The notes under the pieces: model-generated
Databases searched by the model: none
Told to the model about the DNA's origin: nothing
The model's input: only the letters and a program-made list of their open reading frames with translations
From: Sphingobacteriales bacterium
GTDB lineage: Bacteria > Bacteroidota > Bacteroidia > AKYH767-A > OLB10
Assembly: GCA_021299095.1 (NCBI GenBank)
Contig: JAJTFW010000002.1
Coordinates: 138,133-202,132, forward strand
Direction: 5' to 3'
Length of the DNA: 64,000 nt
In this document: positions 9,236-21,397 of the stretch, in pieces
Numbering within the stretch: position 1 is the stretch's first letter
Layout of the letters: every line of letters begins with the position of its first letter
Program-made: the position numbers and the translations under genes

Positions 9236-11097
9236 TTCGGCATGTTGTATCCGCGATCCTTGGCCATTTTCTCAAGTCGCTGCTGAAACTTGGATTTGGT
9301 TTGGGATGCAGGTCGCTTTTTGTTTTCCTGAATCTTACGGTGAATCTCGTCTTCATCGACGAAAGCACGGAAAAGATATTGTTGACCTATACTAATCGTA
9401 TTGGCCAGGAAATAATAGTAGCTCAATCCAGCCGAATAGTTATTAAATACACCCAGGAAAATGATCGGCATCAGATACATCATCCACTTCATTTGCGGAT
9501 TGGTCATAGTGCTTTGACTATTCACCATCGTAATAAGCAGTGTTGAAACTGTCATCAGCAAAGTGAAGAGGCTCACGTGATCACCGTACCCCCAGATATG
9601 GAAAGGCAAATCGAGGATGGAATCGTAGGTACTCAAATCCTTCGCCCAGAGGAAACTCTCCTGGCGCAACTCGATAGATTGCGGAAAAAACCTAAACATG
9701 GCAATCAGGATGGGTAGTTGCAACAACATGGGTAGGCAACCACCCAAGGGACTGACGCCTGCTTTACGGTAGAGACCCATCATCTCCTGCTGCATCTTCA
9801 TCGGATCCTCCTTGTGTTTACCCTGAATCTCCTCCACTTCGGGACGCAACACCTTCATTTTAGCTTGAGATAGATACGCCTTGAAAGTGAAGGGTGAAAG
9901 CATAAGCTTGATCACCAAGGTCAGGACGAGGATGATAAGTCCATAATTCCAGTTGAAACTATTCAAGAAATTGAAAATTGGAATGACGATGAATCTGTTC
10001 ACCCAACCGAAAATGCCCCAACCCAGCGGAATCTGTTTTTCGAGATGATCACCTGCTGCTCGCAGGTATTGGTAATGGTTCGGTCCCAGGTAGAAGTGCA
10101 TGGCCACTTCTTCAGTTGGGGCATGGCGATAGGGCAAGGTGAATGAGGCCTTCATCGCCTTTACAAACGTATCGGTCTCGAGACCGGATACAGTGCTGAT
10201 GCGGGTAGGCTTATCGAATGCGTCTTCAGCTACCAGTACCTGGGTGAAGAACTGCTGCTTCATTGACACCCACTTCAACCTGGTCTTGATCTCATCCTGA
10301 TCATCGCTGGTTTCACTTAGGGATTCTACTTCGGCATCATCGTCTGCAAACATGTAATACACCGTCGAGTTGTTGCGCTCCGTTACGATGTCACCCTCCT
10401 GGGGCTGCAAATGCTGTGACCATCCCAACTCCACATATTGTGTATTGGAGGCTATGATATCCTGAACGCCGACAAAGCGGACGTCAAACCCGAGCTTATA
10501 TCCCTGACCGGAGATGGTATATACATATTCGATATACTTTGTCGTATCACCGGCATACAGGCGCATGGACAGTGTGGCTGAATCCCCAGCTGAAACCTTC
10601 AGATCCTGACCAGTTGACGCATAATACAATTCACCCGTGTTGATGATGCGATTCCGCGCGAAGAAATTCAACTCGAAGCGCGTTGAGTCGCCATCGAACA
10701 GCGTAACAGGTTTTCCAGCAGAAGTCTTGTATTTCTTTAGTTCCACCTCTCGGATACGTCCGCCTAAGGAAGAAACAGAAACTTTCATGTCCTCATTCTC
10801 CAGAACAATGATTTTGTCCTCACCCTTACTTGCCGAAGCAAATGGACCGAGCAAATCATTCATTCGGGCCGTACGGGTGGAATCGTCGACAACAGCGGTG
10901 TCAACTGCAGACTGAGCAGGGGCACGAGATGCCAATGCCTGCTGTTTTGCTTTCAGTGCGGAAGCCTCGACGCGCTCCACGCTGTCGCGCCGACGCTGTA
11001 TGGCATCGAGCTCCTCTTGTGAGGGGGCTGTAAAAATGCTGTAACCGATGAGTACCAGGCCGATAAGAAACAGCCCGATCATTGACTGACGATCCAT
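9232..11097 (-). CDS. yidC: membrane protein insertase YidC (long Bacteroidetes form)
   Basis: 621 aa. N-terminal TM helix, a large periplasmic domain, and a C-terminal 5-TM insertase core (…GCLPMLLQLPILIAMFRFF…). Confidence 0.95.
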   Translation of the reverse strand: MDRQSMIGLFLIGLVLIGYSIFTAPSQEELDAIQRRRDSVERVEASALKAKQQALASRAPAQSAVDTAVVDDSTRTARMNDLLGPFASASKGEDKIIVLENEDMKVSVSSLGGRIREVELKKYKTSAGKPVTLFDGDSTRFELNFFARNRIINTGELYYASTGQDLKVSAGDSATLSMRLYAGDTTKYIEYVYTISGQGYKLGFDVRFVGVQDIIASNTQYVELGWSQHLQPQEGDIVTERNNSTVYYMFADDDAEVESLSETSDDQDEIKTRLKWVSMKQQFFTQVLVAEDAFDKPTRISTVSGLETDTFVKAMKASFTLPYRHAPTEEVAMHFYLGPNHYQYLRAAGDHLEKQIPLGWGIFGWVNRFIVIPIFNFLNSFNWNYGLIILVLTLVIKLMLSPFTFKAYLSQAKMKVLRPEVEEIQGKHKEDPMKMQQEMMGLYRKAGVSPLGGCLPMLLQLPILIAMFRFFPQSIELRQESFLWAKDLSTYDSILDLPFHIWGYGDHVSLFTLLMTVSTLLITMVNSQSTMTNPQMKWMMYLMPIIFLGVFNNYSAGLSYYYFLANTISIGQQYLFRAFVDEDEIHRKIQENKKRPASQTKSKFQQRLEKMAKDRGYNMPK

Positions 11098-11115
11098 GAA
11101 GGGAAATTAGGTCGA

Positions 11116-11123
11116 CAAAAATA
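11116..11123 (-). promoter_or_regulatory. -7 promoter element (TAttTTTG) 19 nt upstream of the yidC ATG
   Basis: Exact TAnnTTTG match on the minus strand, in the 60-nt pyrG-yidC spacer. Confidence 0.35.
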
Positions 11124-11157
11124 GTCAACCGGGCGGTAGGCGCCGACCCCAAATGAC

Positions 11158-12921
<1,764 letters not shown>

Positions 12922-12946
12922 TTATGTAAATATTTGTTAATGAGGA

Positions 12947-13093
12947 ATGAACGGTGTAAAAAAGACTGATTTACCCTCGAAAATCTGCCCGATATGCCAG
13001 AGGCCTTTTACCTGGAGGAAGCGCTGGGAGCGAAACTGGAATGAAATAAAGTACTGTAGTGAGCGCTGCCGTCGGAACAAATCCGGCTGTTAA
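12947..13093 (+). CDS. DUF2256-like small zinc-ribbon protein (48 aa); below the ORF-track size cut-off
   Basis: Translation MNGVKKTDLPSKICPICQRPFTWRKRWERNWNEIKYCSERCRRNKSGC. It carries the CxxC…RPFxWRKKW…YCSxRCR pattern I associate with DUF2256. Confidence 0.55.
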   Translation: MNGVKKTDLPSKICPICQRPFTWRKRWERNWNEIKYCSERCRRNKSGC

Positions 13094-13133
13094 TCTGTTC
13101 TTGTTTCGAGTCTTAACACTTTCAACACAAAAC

Positions 13134-13595
13134 ATGCGTATCCTGGAAAGCAAACAGTTTTTACCGATTCCAATCGAACAGGCCTGGGAATTTTTCTCCT
13201 CGCCCGAAAACCTGAACGCCATTACGCCACCCCACATGGGATTCAAAATCCTGTCGGGCTTTGAATCCGGGCAAAAAATGCATGCCGGCATGGTGATTCG
13301 ATACCTGGTTAGTCCAATTGCAGGTATCCCCATGAACTGGGTCACCGAAATCACCCATGTAGACCATCTGCATTTCTTCGTTGACGAACAGCGTTTCGGT
13401 CCGTATGCATTCTGGCACCACCAGCATATTTTCCGTGCCACTGCAGGCGGGACAGAAATGACAGACATTGTTCACTACAAAGTCCCATTGGGCCCACTTG
13501 GACTTCTTGCGGACTGGCTATTTGTGAGACGGCAGGTGCAGTCGATTTTCGATTTCAGGACGAAAAAACTGGAAGCCCTGTTCCCAGTGAACTAA
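13134..13595 (+). CDS. SRPBCC family protein (polyketide cyclase/dehydrase-like fold)
   Basis: About 153 aa from MRILESKQFLPIPIEQAWEFF… The track start at 13059 would overlap the DUF2256 ORF, so the internal ATG is preferred. Confidence 0.65.
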   Translation: MRILESKQFLPIPIEQAWEFFSSPENLNAITPPHMGFKILSGFESGQKMHAGMVIRYLVSPIAGIPMNWVTEITHVDHLHFFVDEQRFGPYAFWHHQHIFRATAGGTEMTDIVHYKVPLGPLGLLADWLFVRRQVQSIFDFRTKKLEALFPVN

Positions 13596-13672
13596 ACCCT
13601 TCACCACGTTTGTAAACGGATACAAATCCGAATTAAAGGTGCTTTCGAACCGCGGTGACCTAGGTTTGCCGG

Positions 13673-14998
13673 GTGATCTCCGAAGAATTCCTTTATTTCC
13701 TGTGGTCAAACAGGCTTTTCAACCCTTCTGCGTTGAGGCTTTGCACCGGAGAGCCTGTCGATATCCTGCATCCGGGTTTTCGGAATACAGGCAGCGGACC
13801 GGATTTCATCCAATCGAAAATCAGAATTGACGGACTTATCTGGGCCGGAAGTGTTGAGATTCATGTACTTGCCGACGATTGGAACAAACACGGCCATCAC
13901 AAAGATCCTGCATACAATCCGGTCATTCTCCATGCCGTTCATGAATCAAACGCGGAGGTGAAGACGCAGCTCGGCTCTTCACCACCCACCCTGGCACTAA
14001 AAGGGGCCTATGACCCCACTCTTCTTGAACGTTTTCAACGATTAACGCATGGTTTAGATCGTATTCCATGTGCCGGGCAGCTGAATTCCGTACCCGCTCT
14101 GGTAAAGGCAGATGTGATGGCCAAAATGCTTGTGGAAAGGCTCCAGGATAAAATCAGCCGGATGAATCAAATAAAAGGTCAGGATGAAAAAGAATGGCCT
14201 GAATTACTGTACCGGTTACTGGGTCGCGCGATGGGATTTCGCACCAACGCTGAGGGATTCGATTGGCTCTGCAACCAACTACCCTATGCCATTATAAAAC
14301 GAAACCGCACTGATCCGGAAACAGTTGAGGCCCTCTTATTTGGTACATCGGGTCTTCTTCAAATTGCAGATGCCGAACCCTATACAAACCGCTTACTGAA
14401 AACGTGGCAGCGCCTCCAACGGCACTACCGAATCGACCCCATACCAGCCCACGCATGGACCTTTGGAAGTGTACGGCCAAGCAATTTCCCAACTCTCCGC
14501 ATTGCACAATTCGCATCCCTGCTGAGCTCTGGTGCCGATCTGTTTGATAGCGTAAGGGATACTATTCAATTGAGTGAAATGACAAGTCGCCTTGACACAA
14601 GTGCATCGGACTATTGGCATCTTCACTATCGGTTCGGACATCCATCGCCCACACGATCGGGCAGAATGGGCAAGGATGCGCTGTACGCATTGGTGATCAA
14701 TGCCATCGCACCGTTTTTATTCTATTATGGAAAGATGCGCCATTCACCACTCCTATGCGATAAAGCACTGTGTTGGTTGGAGGCGACTCCGGCTGAATCC
14801 AACCGAATTACGCGCATGTGGAGCGAACTGGGTTGGATTGCCACTTCTGCAGCTGAAAGCCAGGCTCAATTCAGGTTAAAACACAGCCAATGCGATTATA
14901 GGCTATGTATCCGATGTGGTATCGGACAAGAACTAATCAGGTGTGTACCACATCAAACGCGATTCCAACGCGAGGTGATATCTTCGCAACAGGCATGA
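13673..14998 (+). CDS. DUF2851 family protein
   Basis: 441 aa with a GTG start. The N-terminus ISEEFLYFLWSNRLF resembles the conserved DUF2851 start. The stop overlaps the next gene's ATG by 4 nt. Confidence 0.6.
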   Translation: MISEEFLYFLWSNRLFNPSALRLCTGEPVDILHPGFRNTGSGPDFIQSKIRIDGLIWAGSVEIHVLADDWNKHGHHKDPAYNPVILHAVHESNAEVKTQLGSSPPTLALKGAYDPTLLERFQRLTHGLDRIPCAGQLNSVPALVKADVMAKMLVERLQDKISRMNQIKGQDEKEWPELLYRLLGRAMGFRTNAEGFDWLCNQLPYAIIKRNRTDPETVEALLFGTSGLLQIADAEPYTNRLLKTWQRLQRHYRIDPIPAHAWTFGSVRPSNFPTLRIAQFASLLSSGADLFDSVRDTIQLSEMTSRLDTSASDYWHLHYRFGHPSPTRSGRMGKDALYALVINAIAPFLFYYGKMRHSPLLCDKALCWLEATPAESNRITRMWSELGWIATSAAESQAQFRLKHSQCDYRLCIRCGIGQELIRCVPHQTRFQREVISSQQA

Positions 14999-15900
14999 AC
15001 ATCCTAATTACCGGTGCGAACGGATTACTGGGCCAAAAGCTCGTGCTGCGCCTGTGCACCGAAGCGAATGTTGTTTTGTTTGCCACCGGAAGAGGTCCCT
15101 GTCGAATCCGGTCTGCTACAGGCTTCACGTATTTGGAAGCGGACTTACTTGACAAGTCAACTCTGGAACGACTTTTTGAGGAAGTCCGACCCGATTGCGT
15201 TATTCACACAGCCGCCATGACCGATGTGGATGCCTGTGAACGCGACCCAGCGGCGTGTCAATTGAACAACACGGACTGCGTACGCCTGCTCACCGAACTT
15301 TGCAACGCTAATGGAACACATTTCATCCACCTCAGTACGGATTTTGTGTTTGACGGACGCAATGGACCTTATCGGGAAGAAGATCCGATTGGCCCCTTGA
15401 GTGAATATGCAAGAAGCAAGGCCGCAGCTGAGGAGGTTGTGCGAGAAGCGGGCATCCCATGGACCATCATCCGTACAATGATCATTTATGGTGTAACCGA
15501 CGATCAACAGCGATCGAACGTCGTATTATGGACTAAGCGCTCTTTGGAGGAAGGAAAAGACATCCGTGTCATCTCCGATCAATACCGGGGACCAACCCTT
15601 GCCGAAGACCTCGCAAATGCCTGCGCAACAGCTGCATTGAACACAGTGACCGGGCTATTTCATGTTTCGGGACGTGAGGTGTTGTCGATTTTGGAGATCG
15701 CACAACGAACCGCCCGATTTTTCAACCTCGATGAGCACCACATTTCTCCTGTCACCACAGAAGAACTGGCCCAGGCTGCAAAGCGCCCCTTGCGAACGGG
15801 ATTCATCATCAGCAAAGCAGAGCAAGAACTCAATTATCAACCACACAGCCTGGAGGAAGGCCTGGAAATCGTCCGCTCACAACTCAAAGGCAGACAATAA
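14995..15900 (+). CDS. dTDP-4-dehydrorhamnose reductase-like SDR (RmlD family)
   Basis: 301 aa from MNILITGANGLLG (Rossmann motif). It has the YARSK catalytic Tyr-x3-Lys. No rmlABC genes are nearby. Confidence 0.65.
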   Translation: MNILITGANGLLGQKLVLRLCTEANVVLFATGRGPCRIRSATGFTYLEADLLDKSTLERLFEEVRPDCVIHTAAMTDVDACERDPAACQLNNTDCVRLLTELCNANGTHFIHLSTDFVFDGRNGPYREEDPIGPLSEYARSKAAAEEVVREAGIPWTIIRTMIIYGVTDDQQRSNVVLWTKRSLEEGKDIRVISDQYRGPTLAEDLANACATAALNTVTGLFHVSGREVLSILEIAQRTARFFNLDEHHISPVTTEELAQAAKRPLRTGFIISKAEQELNYQPHSLEEGLEIVRSQLKGRQ

Positions 15901-15910
15901 AACCATTCCA

Positions 15911-15950
15911 TAAAAACAGAAGGCCGGCAATTGCCGGCCTTCTGTTTTTA
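15911..15950. terminator. bidirectional Rho-independent terminator between the rmlD-like gene (+) and secDF (-)
   Basis: AAAAA-CAGAAGGCCGGCAATTGCCGGCCTTCTG-TTTTTA: a perfect 12-bp stem with A/T runs on both sides. Confidence 0.7.
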
Positions 15951-15966
15951 TGGGCAAGAGGTCTTT

Positions 15967-18960
15967 TTACTTTTTATCCGCAGGAGCCTTATCGAAATCG
16001 ACAACGACAGGAGCCGCAATACAAAGTGAACTATAGGTACCAACGACGATACCGACGAGCAGTGCGAATGTAAATCCACGAATCACATCGCCACCAAAGA
16101 TGAATATCGCAAGCAGTACGAAGAAGGTTGTTAGCGAAGTATTCAAGGTACGGCTCAACGTGGAGTTCAATGCATTGTTGATTACAAGCTTTTTGTCCAT
16201 GTTGGGATGAATACCAAGGTATTCACGAATCCTATCGAACACCACCACGGTATCGGTCATGGAGTAACCCATTACCGTTAGGATAGCTGCAATAAAATCC
16301 TGGTTGATTTCCAATGTAAATGGCAGGATACCATTAAATATGGAGAAGATGGACAGAATCAGTGCAACGTCGTGGACCAAGGCAAGGGTAGCGCCGAGTC
16401 CGAACTGCCATTTGCGGAAACGCACCAAGATGTAAATGAACATCAATGCACATCCCAAGAGAATTGACCAGACGGCAGAGGTCTTGATGTCATCTGCAAC
16501 GGTCGGACCTACCTTCTGAGAATTGATGATCTTCTGGCTCTTGAAATCCGCATCGGAAACACCGGAATAATACCCCTTGGTTCCCTCATACAAGGCAGCG
16601 ATGACCTTTGCTTCTGCCTCAGCGGAGTTTTCTTCAATGAGGTAGTCGGTCGTGATTTTGAGACGGTTGTCGGTTCCGAAGGTTTTTACATCGGGTGCCT
16701 CACCGAAGGTTTTCGCCAAGGAAGCGCGCACTTCAGGGGTGGCAACACTCTTGTCAAACTGCACCACATAGGTCCTTCCACCGTCAAAGTCGACTCCAAA
16801 GTTGAAGCCTTTGATAGCGATCGATGCGATACCCGCAACGATAACCATTCCCGACACGATGTAATATAGTTTGCGATTCTTGACGAACTGGAAATTGATG
16901 TTCTTGTAGGCGTCCTTGGAGAAACCATTCCAGAAAGAAATCTCCTTGTTACCATCAAGCATCCATTCAAACACCAACCGACTAATGAAGATGGCACTGA
17001 ACAGCGAACAGAGGATACCAATGATCAATGTTGTTGCAAAGCCCTGGACCGGTCCGCTACCGAATGAATACAAGATGATACCCAGCAGCAAGGTGGTCAC
17101 GTTGGAGTCGATGATGGAACTCAATGCATGACGGTATCCGTCAGACACAGCCAACTTGACACCTTTACCCATCTTCAATTCCTCGCGTATACGCTCGAAA
17201 ATGAGGATGTTGGCATCAACAGAAAGAGCGATGATGAGGACGATACCGGCAATACCGGGCAGGGTTAGTACTGCACCAAGGGACGCAAGCACCCCGATGA
17301 TGAAGAACATATTGCAGATGAGCGCAAAATCGGCTACAAATCCGGCTTTATTGTAATAAAACACCATGAAGGCGAATACCACCAGAAGGGCGACCAGGAA
17401 AGAAGAAAGACCATTGGAAATCGCTTCCTTTCCGAGTGATGGACCTACGACAGCTTCTTCGACAATACGGGCGGGCGCAGGCAATTTACCAGCCTTCAGG
17501 ATATTGGCCAGGTCTTTCGCCTCATTGATTTCGAAATTACCGGTAATACTAGAGCTGCCGCCGGCGATTTCACCCTGTACCGTTGGGAAACTGTAGACAT
17601 AGTCATCAAGGACGATGGCAATCGACTTTCCGATATTTTCACCTGTCATGCGTTTCCACACTTTGGCTCCATCGGGGTTCATGCGCATGCTGATTTCGGG
17701 CTTGCTGTTGAATTGACCGAAATCTTGGCGTGCATCCGAAATGGCGGATCCGTCGAGCGGTGACTTTCCGTCGCGGCTGGTCACTTTGATACCAATGAGT
17801 TCGAGTGACTGTGATTCAGCCGTACGCGGCTTGACAGTCCACAGCAAACGCAGGTTCTTAGGCATAGCCGCTTTTACATCGTCGCGACTAAAAATTGCAT
17901 TAACACGGGATGTATCCTTGATGAGCGAATAGCCAATAATGCACTGCTTATCCGCTGCGTTTTTCTCGTCCTGGGTGCGAACCTGACCATCGGCCGGGAA
18001 CATCACTGCGAACAATGGATTCTCCTTTGCAAATTCCTCAAAAGATTTCTGAGCGCTTGTATCCTTGGCAGCCGTTGTATCGGTGCCCATTTTGCTCAAC
18101 AGATCGTTGGCATTCGCCGAGTCGGCCGTAGCAGTAGTTGTGGTATCGGTACTGACTGTGTTGACAGCAGCGGCTGAATCGCGCTTGGCGGACTCAACCA
18201 GCAATTTGTTCACGGCGACCAAGCCAGGAGCAACCTCTCCGAAGTTATACGTCTCCCAGAATTCGAGTTTCGCAGTTCCCTGGAGGAGTTTGCGAACACG
18301 CTCGGGTTCCTTCACACCTGGTAATTCAACCAGGATACGGCCCGAACCCAACTGTTGGATATTGGGCTGCGTGACACCAAACTTGTCGATACGTGTTCGA
18401 AGAATGTTGAATGAACGACTGATGGCCGCATCGGACTCATCCTTGAGAACCTTCAATACTTGCTCGTTGGTCGAGTTGAAATTGATCTTGTCTTGGTTCT
18501 CGATGTTGGCGAAAACGGCAGCAAGGCTTCCGTTGGGATCGATTTCCTGGTGTGCCTGTCCAAAGAGCGTGACAAAATCTTTGTTTGAGTTCCGCTGGAG
18601 CTCAAGTGCACGATCAATGGTTTTGGTAAACACGGGCTCACCGGCATTTTGACCGGCCATGGATCGTACAAGGTCAACCACGGAAACTTCCATGGTCACG
18701 TTCATCCCTCCTTTTAAGTCAAGGCCGAGATTCAGCTCCCGCTCCTTGCACTCACGGTAGGTATATTCCTTGACCCCGAGATTGTAGACCCCTTTGGGTC
18801 CAATAGAATCGAGGTAGTTCTTTTCTTTTTCCACATCGCCATTGGCATACGCCTTTGCATCGGCCTCCACGCTGCGCGTTACCAGAGTAAAAGAGATCTG
18901 GTAGAGGCAGACGAGGGCCAGAGTGATGGCAAACAGCCGGATCGCACCTTTGCTTTGCAT
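15967..18960 (-). CDS. secDF: protein translocase subunit SecDF (fused)
   Basis: 997 aa. Two 6-TM modules with large periplasmic domains. This is the fused SecD-SecF form typical of Bacteroidetes. Confidence 0.95.
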   Translation of the reverse strand: MQSKGAIRLFAITLALVCLYQISFTLVTRSVEADAKAYANGDVEKEKNYLDSIGPKGVYNLGVKEYTYRECKERELNLGLDLKGGMNVTMEVSVVDLVRSMAGQNAGEPVFTKTIDRALELQRNSNKDFVTLFGQAHQEIDPNGSLAAVFANIENQDKINFNSTNEQVLKVLKDESDAAISRSFNILRTRIDKFGVTQPNIQQLGSGRILVELPGVKEPERVRKLLQGTAKLEFWETYNFGEVAPGLVAVNKLLVESAKRDSAAAVNTVSTDTTTTATADSANANDLLSKMGTDTTAAKDTSAQKSFEEFAKENPLFAVMFPADGQVRTQDEKNAADKQCIIGYSLIKDTSRVNAIFSRDDVKAAMPKNLRLLWTVKPRTAESQSLELIGIKVTSRDGKSPLDGSAISDARQDFGQFNSKPEISMRMNPDGAKVWKRMTGENIGKSIAIVLDDYVYSFPTVQGEIAGGSSSITGNFEINEAKDLANILKAGKLPAPARIVEEAVVGPSLGKEAISNGLSSFLVALLVVFAFMVFYYNKAGFVADFALICNMFFIIGVLASLGAVLTLPGIAGIVLIIALSVDANILIFERIREELKMGKGVKLAVSDGYRHALSSIIDSNVTTLLLGIILYSFGSGPVQGFATTLIIGILCSLFSAIFISRLVFEWMLDGNKEISFWNGFSKDAYKNINFQFVKNRKLYYIVSGMVIVAGIASIAIKGFNFGVDFDGGRTYVVQFDKSVATPEVRASLAKTFGEAPDVKTFGTDNRLKITTDYLIEENSAEAEAKVIAALYEGTKGYYSGVSDADFKSQKIINSQKVGPTVADDIKTSAVWSILLGCALMFIYILVRFRKWQFGLGATLALVHDVALILSIFSIFNGILPFTLEINQDFIAAILTVMGYSMTDTVVVFDRIREYLGIHPNMDKKLVINNALNSTLSRTLNTSLTTFFVLLAIFIFGGDVIRGFTFALLVGIVVGTYSSLCIAAPVVVDFDKAPADKK

Positions 18961-18987
18961 TGATTTCAGGGTTGGTTATAGAGCGGG

Positions 18988-18995
18988 CAAATATA
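18988..18995 (-). promoter_or_regulatory. -7 promoter element (TAtaTTTG) 28 nt upstream of the secDF ATG
   Basis: Exact TAnnTTTG match on the minus strand. Confidence 0.3.
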
Positions 18996-19084
18996 GGCCA
19001 AAGGGGCTTAAGAAACAATCGGTTATGGACTAAAACAAGAGCCGCACCATTAAACCAAGTCTTTATCCTTCAGGACATTAACCC

Positions 19085-20275
19085 ATGACCCATAGACACA
19101 CATTGGAGATTGGGGTGGTTTCCGAGATAGAATTGGTCTATTTTCGGAGCGTGCCCCTGCAAATCATCATCAGTGCGACTTCCGACTTGCTTAGTGACCA
19201 GCGGGTACATAGAACCGCCTCGGCGCTCAAAGAAGACGGACATAAAATCCTGGTCATTGGCCGAAAGCTGAGGAATTCGCCCGAACTCCCGGCCCGGAGG
19301 TACCGATGTTTCCGCATGCGACTTCCGGTTGAACGGGGGCCCTTGTTTTACCTGATTTTCAACCTGAAGCTAGCCTGGATGCTGTTCTGGTCAAAAGCCG
19401 ATGTCCTGTTCAGCAACGACTTGGATACCTTGGCTGCGAACTACCTTGTTTCTCGACTTCGAAATATTCCGCTTGTTTACGACAGCCACGAGTATTTCAC
19501 CGGAGTACCCGAATTAGCGAATCGCCCACGTGTAAAAATGGTCTGGAAATGGCTGGAGCGACGCATTGTTCCGCACTTAAAGCATTGTATTACGGTAAAT
19601 GCAAGCATCGCAAAACTCTATTTCGATGAGTACAGCGTTCCATTCGAGGTCATTCGCAACGTTCCGGAGCCAATAACAATCGCTCTGCCGGAACGCGGCA
19701 TCTTACGGAAATCGTTGGGGCTTCCGATTGACAAACCAATCCTGATTTTGCAGGGAGCCGGAATCAATATTCAACGCGGTGCTGAAGAAGCCGTTGAATC
19801 GATGAAGCTCTTGTCCGATTATCTATTGCTCATAGTTGGATCAGGCGATGTCATTCCCCAACTGAAACAGACCGTGCTTGATGAGGGACTTTCGGATCGT
19901 ATCCGATTCATTGACCGTATGCCTCCATCAGAATTGAAACGATTTACAGCCGCCGCCGATATCGGACTTAGCCTAGACAAAGACACCAACATCAACTACC
20001 GCTTCAGTCTGCCCAACAAACTGTTTGACTACCTGCACGCCGGAATCCCGGTCGTAGCCAGCAATTTACCGGAGGTTGCCGCCGTTGTTACGCAGTACCA
20101 AGTAGGTCAGGTAATTGCGAATCATACGCCTGATCATATCGCCCAGTGCGTTCGGGAAGTTTACAAAGGCCTTGAAAACGGCATATACAAGGCTGGAATC
20201 GAAAAGGCCTGCAACGAATTGAATTGGAACGAAGAGAGGAAACAGTTACTTCAGATGATTAAAAGTCTTGCCTGA
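19085..20275 (+). CDS. glycosyltransferase family 4 (GT-B fold)
   Basis: 396 aa. C-terminal half has the GT4 pattern (…ILQGAGINIQRG… DRIRFIDRMP… EPFGLPNKLFDYLHAGIPVVASN…). The true start may lie downstream of 19085. Confidence 0.75.
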   Translation: MTHRHTLEIGVVSEIELVYFRSVPLQIIISATSDLLSDQRVHRTASALKEDGHKILVIGRKLRNSPELPARRYRCFRMRLPVERGPLFYLIFNLKLAWMLFWSKADVLFSNDLDTLAANYLVSRLRNIPLVYDSHEYFTGVPELANRPRVKMVWKWLERRIVPHLKHCITVNASIAKLYFDEYSVPFEVIRNVPEPITIALPERGILRKSLGLPIDKPILILQGAGINIQRGAEEAVESMKLLSDYLLLIVGSGDVIPQLKQTVLDEGLSDRIRFIDRMPPSELKRFTAAADIGLSLDKDTNINYRFSLPNKLFDYLHAGIPVVASNLPEVAAVVTQYQVGQVIANHTPDHIAQCVREVYKGLENGIYKAGIEKACNELNWNEERKQLLQMIKSLA

Positions 20276-21389
20276 TCGCAATTTGCATATCGTCTCTTTT
20301 GATGTCCCCTGGCCTGCAGACTACGGAGGTGTCATTGACGTTTACCACAAGATCCGACACCTCAGGCTGTTGGGCTGGGAGGTTACCCTGCATTGCTACC
20401 GGAGGCAAAGACCAGAGAGCGATAAGCTTGAGTCTTTGTGCAAAGAGGTTTTCTATTACAACCGAAACACCTCTTTGCTGAGTCATTTGAAAAAGAGCCC
20501 ATTCATTGCAGCCAGCCGCAACAGCGAGCTGCTGGTGAAGCGCTTGATCGAAACAGACTCACCTATCCTACTTGAGGGACTTCATTGCTGTGCACCATTG
20601 AAGATACTATCCGGTTGCTCGAAGAATGTTTATGTGCGCACACACAACATCGAACATGACTATTATGGCGGCCTTGCGCGAAGCACCCGGAATCCAATTA
20701 AATCGGTCTTTTTCCGCAGCGAGGCCCGAAAGCTAAAAAAATACGAACGTGTTCTTACCGCAGCACATGGAATAGCGTGTATTTCACCGGACGACGCAAG
20801 GCATTTCAATTCCATCAATGCGAACAGCCATTTCATCGGTCCTTTTCATCCCCACGACATGGTCAGCTCAGCTGCAGGGCGTGGCGATTTTATGCTCTAC
20901 CATGGTGCACTTTCGGTACCGGAAAACCAGGCTGCTGTTCGTTGGTTATTGAGCGATGTAATGCCAAATACTGACAACGAACTTATCATTGCCGGTAAGA
21001 ACCCTCCGAATTGGATGGCGCAACACATCCGACGACTTGACCGGGTAAGCTTGATTGCCAATCCAGACAAGCTCGAGCTCGATCAACTGATTCGAGATGC
21101 ACAAGTACATCTCTTACCGTCGACGCAGTCCACCGGCGTCAAACTCAAGTTGATTCATGCGTTGTTTTCCGGCAGACACGTTGTGGCAAATGAGTTGATG
21201 GTAGCAGGAACCGGGCTTGAATCATTTTGTCACATGGCAGTATCGGGAAAAGAATTTGCTTTGCGTGCCGACGAGCTGATGCAAAAACCATTCTCTGCTA
21301 CAGATACTTCAGAAAGAAAAAGCCTCGAAACTTCCGGATATTCAAACCGGCTCAATGCAGAGAAACTCAGCAAAATGCTGCTGGTCTGA
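20268..21389 (+). CDS. glycosyltransferase (GT-B, family 1-like)
   Basis: 373 aa. HIVSFDVPWPADYGG N-terminus and a C-terminal nucleotide-sugar binding half. It overlaps the upstream GT4 stop. Confidence 0.6.
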   Translation: MPDRNLHIVSFDVPWPADYGGVIDVYHKIRHLRLLGWEVTLHCYRRQRPESDKLESLCKEVFYYNRNTSLLSHLKKSPFIAASRNSELLVKRLIETDSPILLEGLHCCAPLKILSGCSKNVYVRTHNIEHDYYGGLARSTRNPIKSVFFRSEARKLKKYERVLTAAHGIACISPDDARHFNSINANSHFIGPFHPHDMVSSAAGRGDFMLYHGALSVPENQAAVRWLLSDVMPNTDNELIIAGKNPPNWMAQHIRRLDRVSLIANPDKLELDQLIRDAQVHLLPSTQSTGVKLKLIHALFSGRHVVANELMVAGTGLESFCHMAVSGKEFALRADELMQKPFSATDTSERKSLETSGYSNRLNAEKLSKMLLV

Positions 21390-21397
21390 ACGACCCA

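Noticed and set aside
12971-13468. 165-aa minus-strand ORF overlapping the DUF2256 and SRPBCC genes
   Set aside because: It is antisense to two better-supported plus-strand genes and has no recognisable motifs.
16686-18652. Multiple 66-195-aa ORFs on both strands inside secDF
   Set aside because: The 997-aa SecDF reading frame is continuous and conserved. The internal ORFs are frame artefacts.
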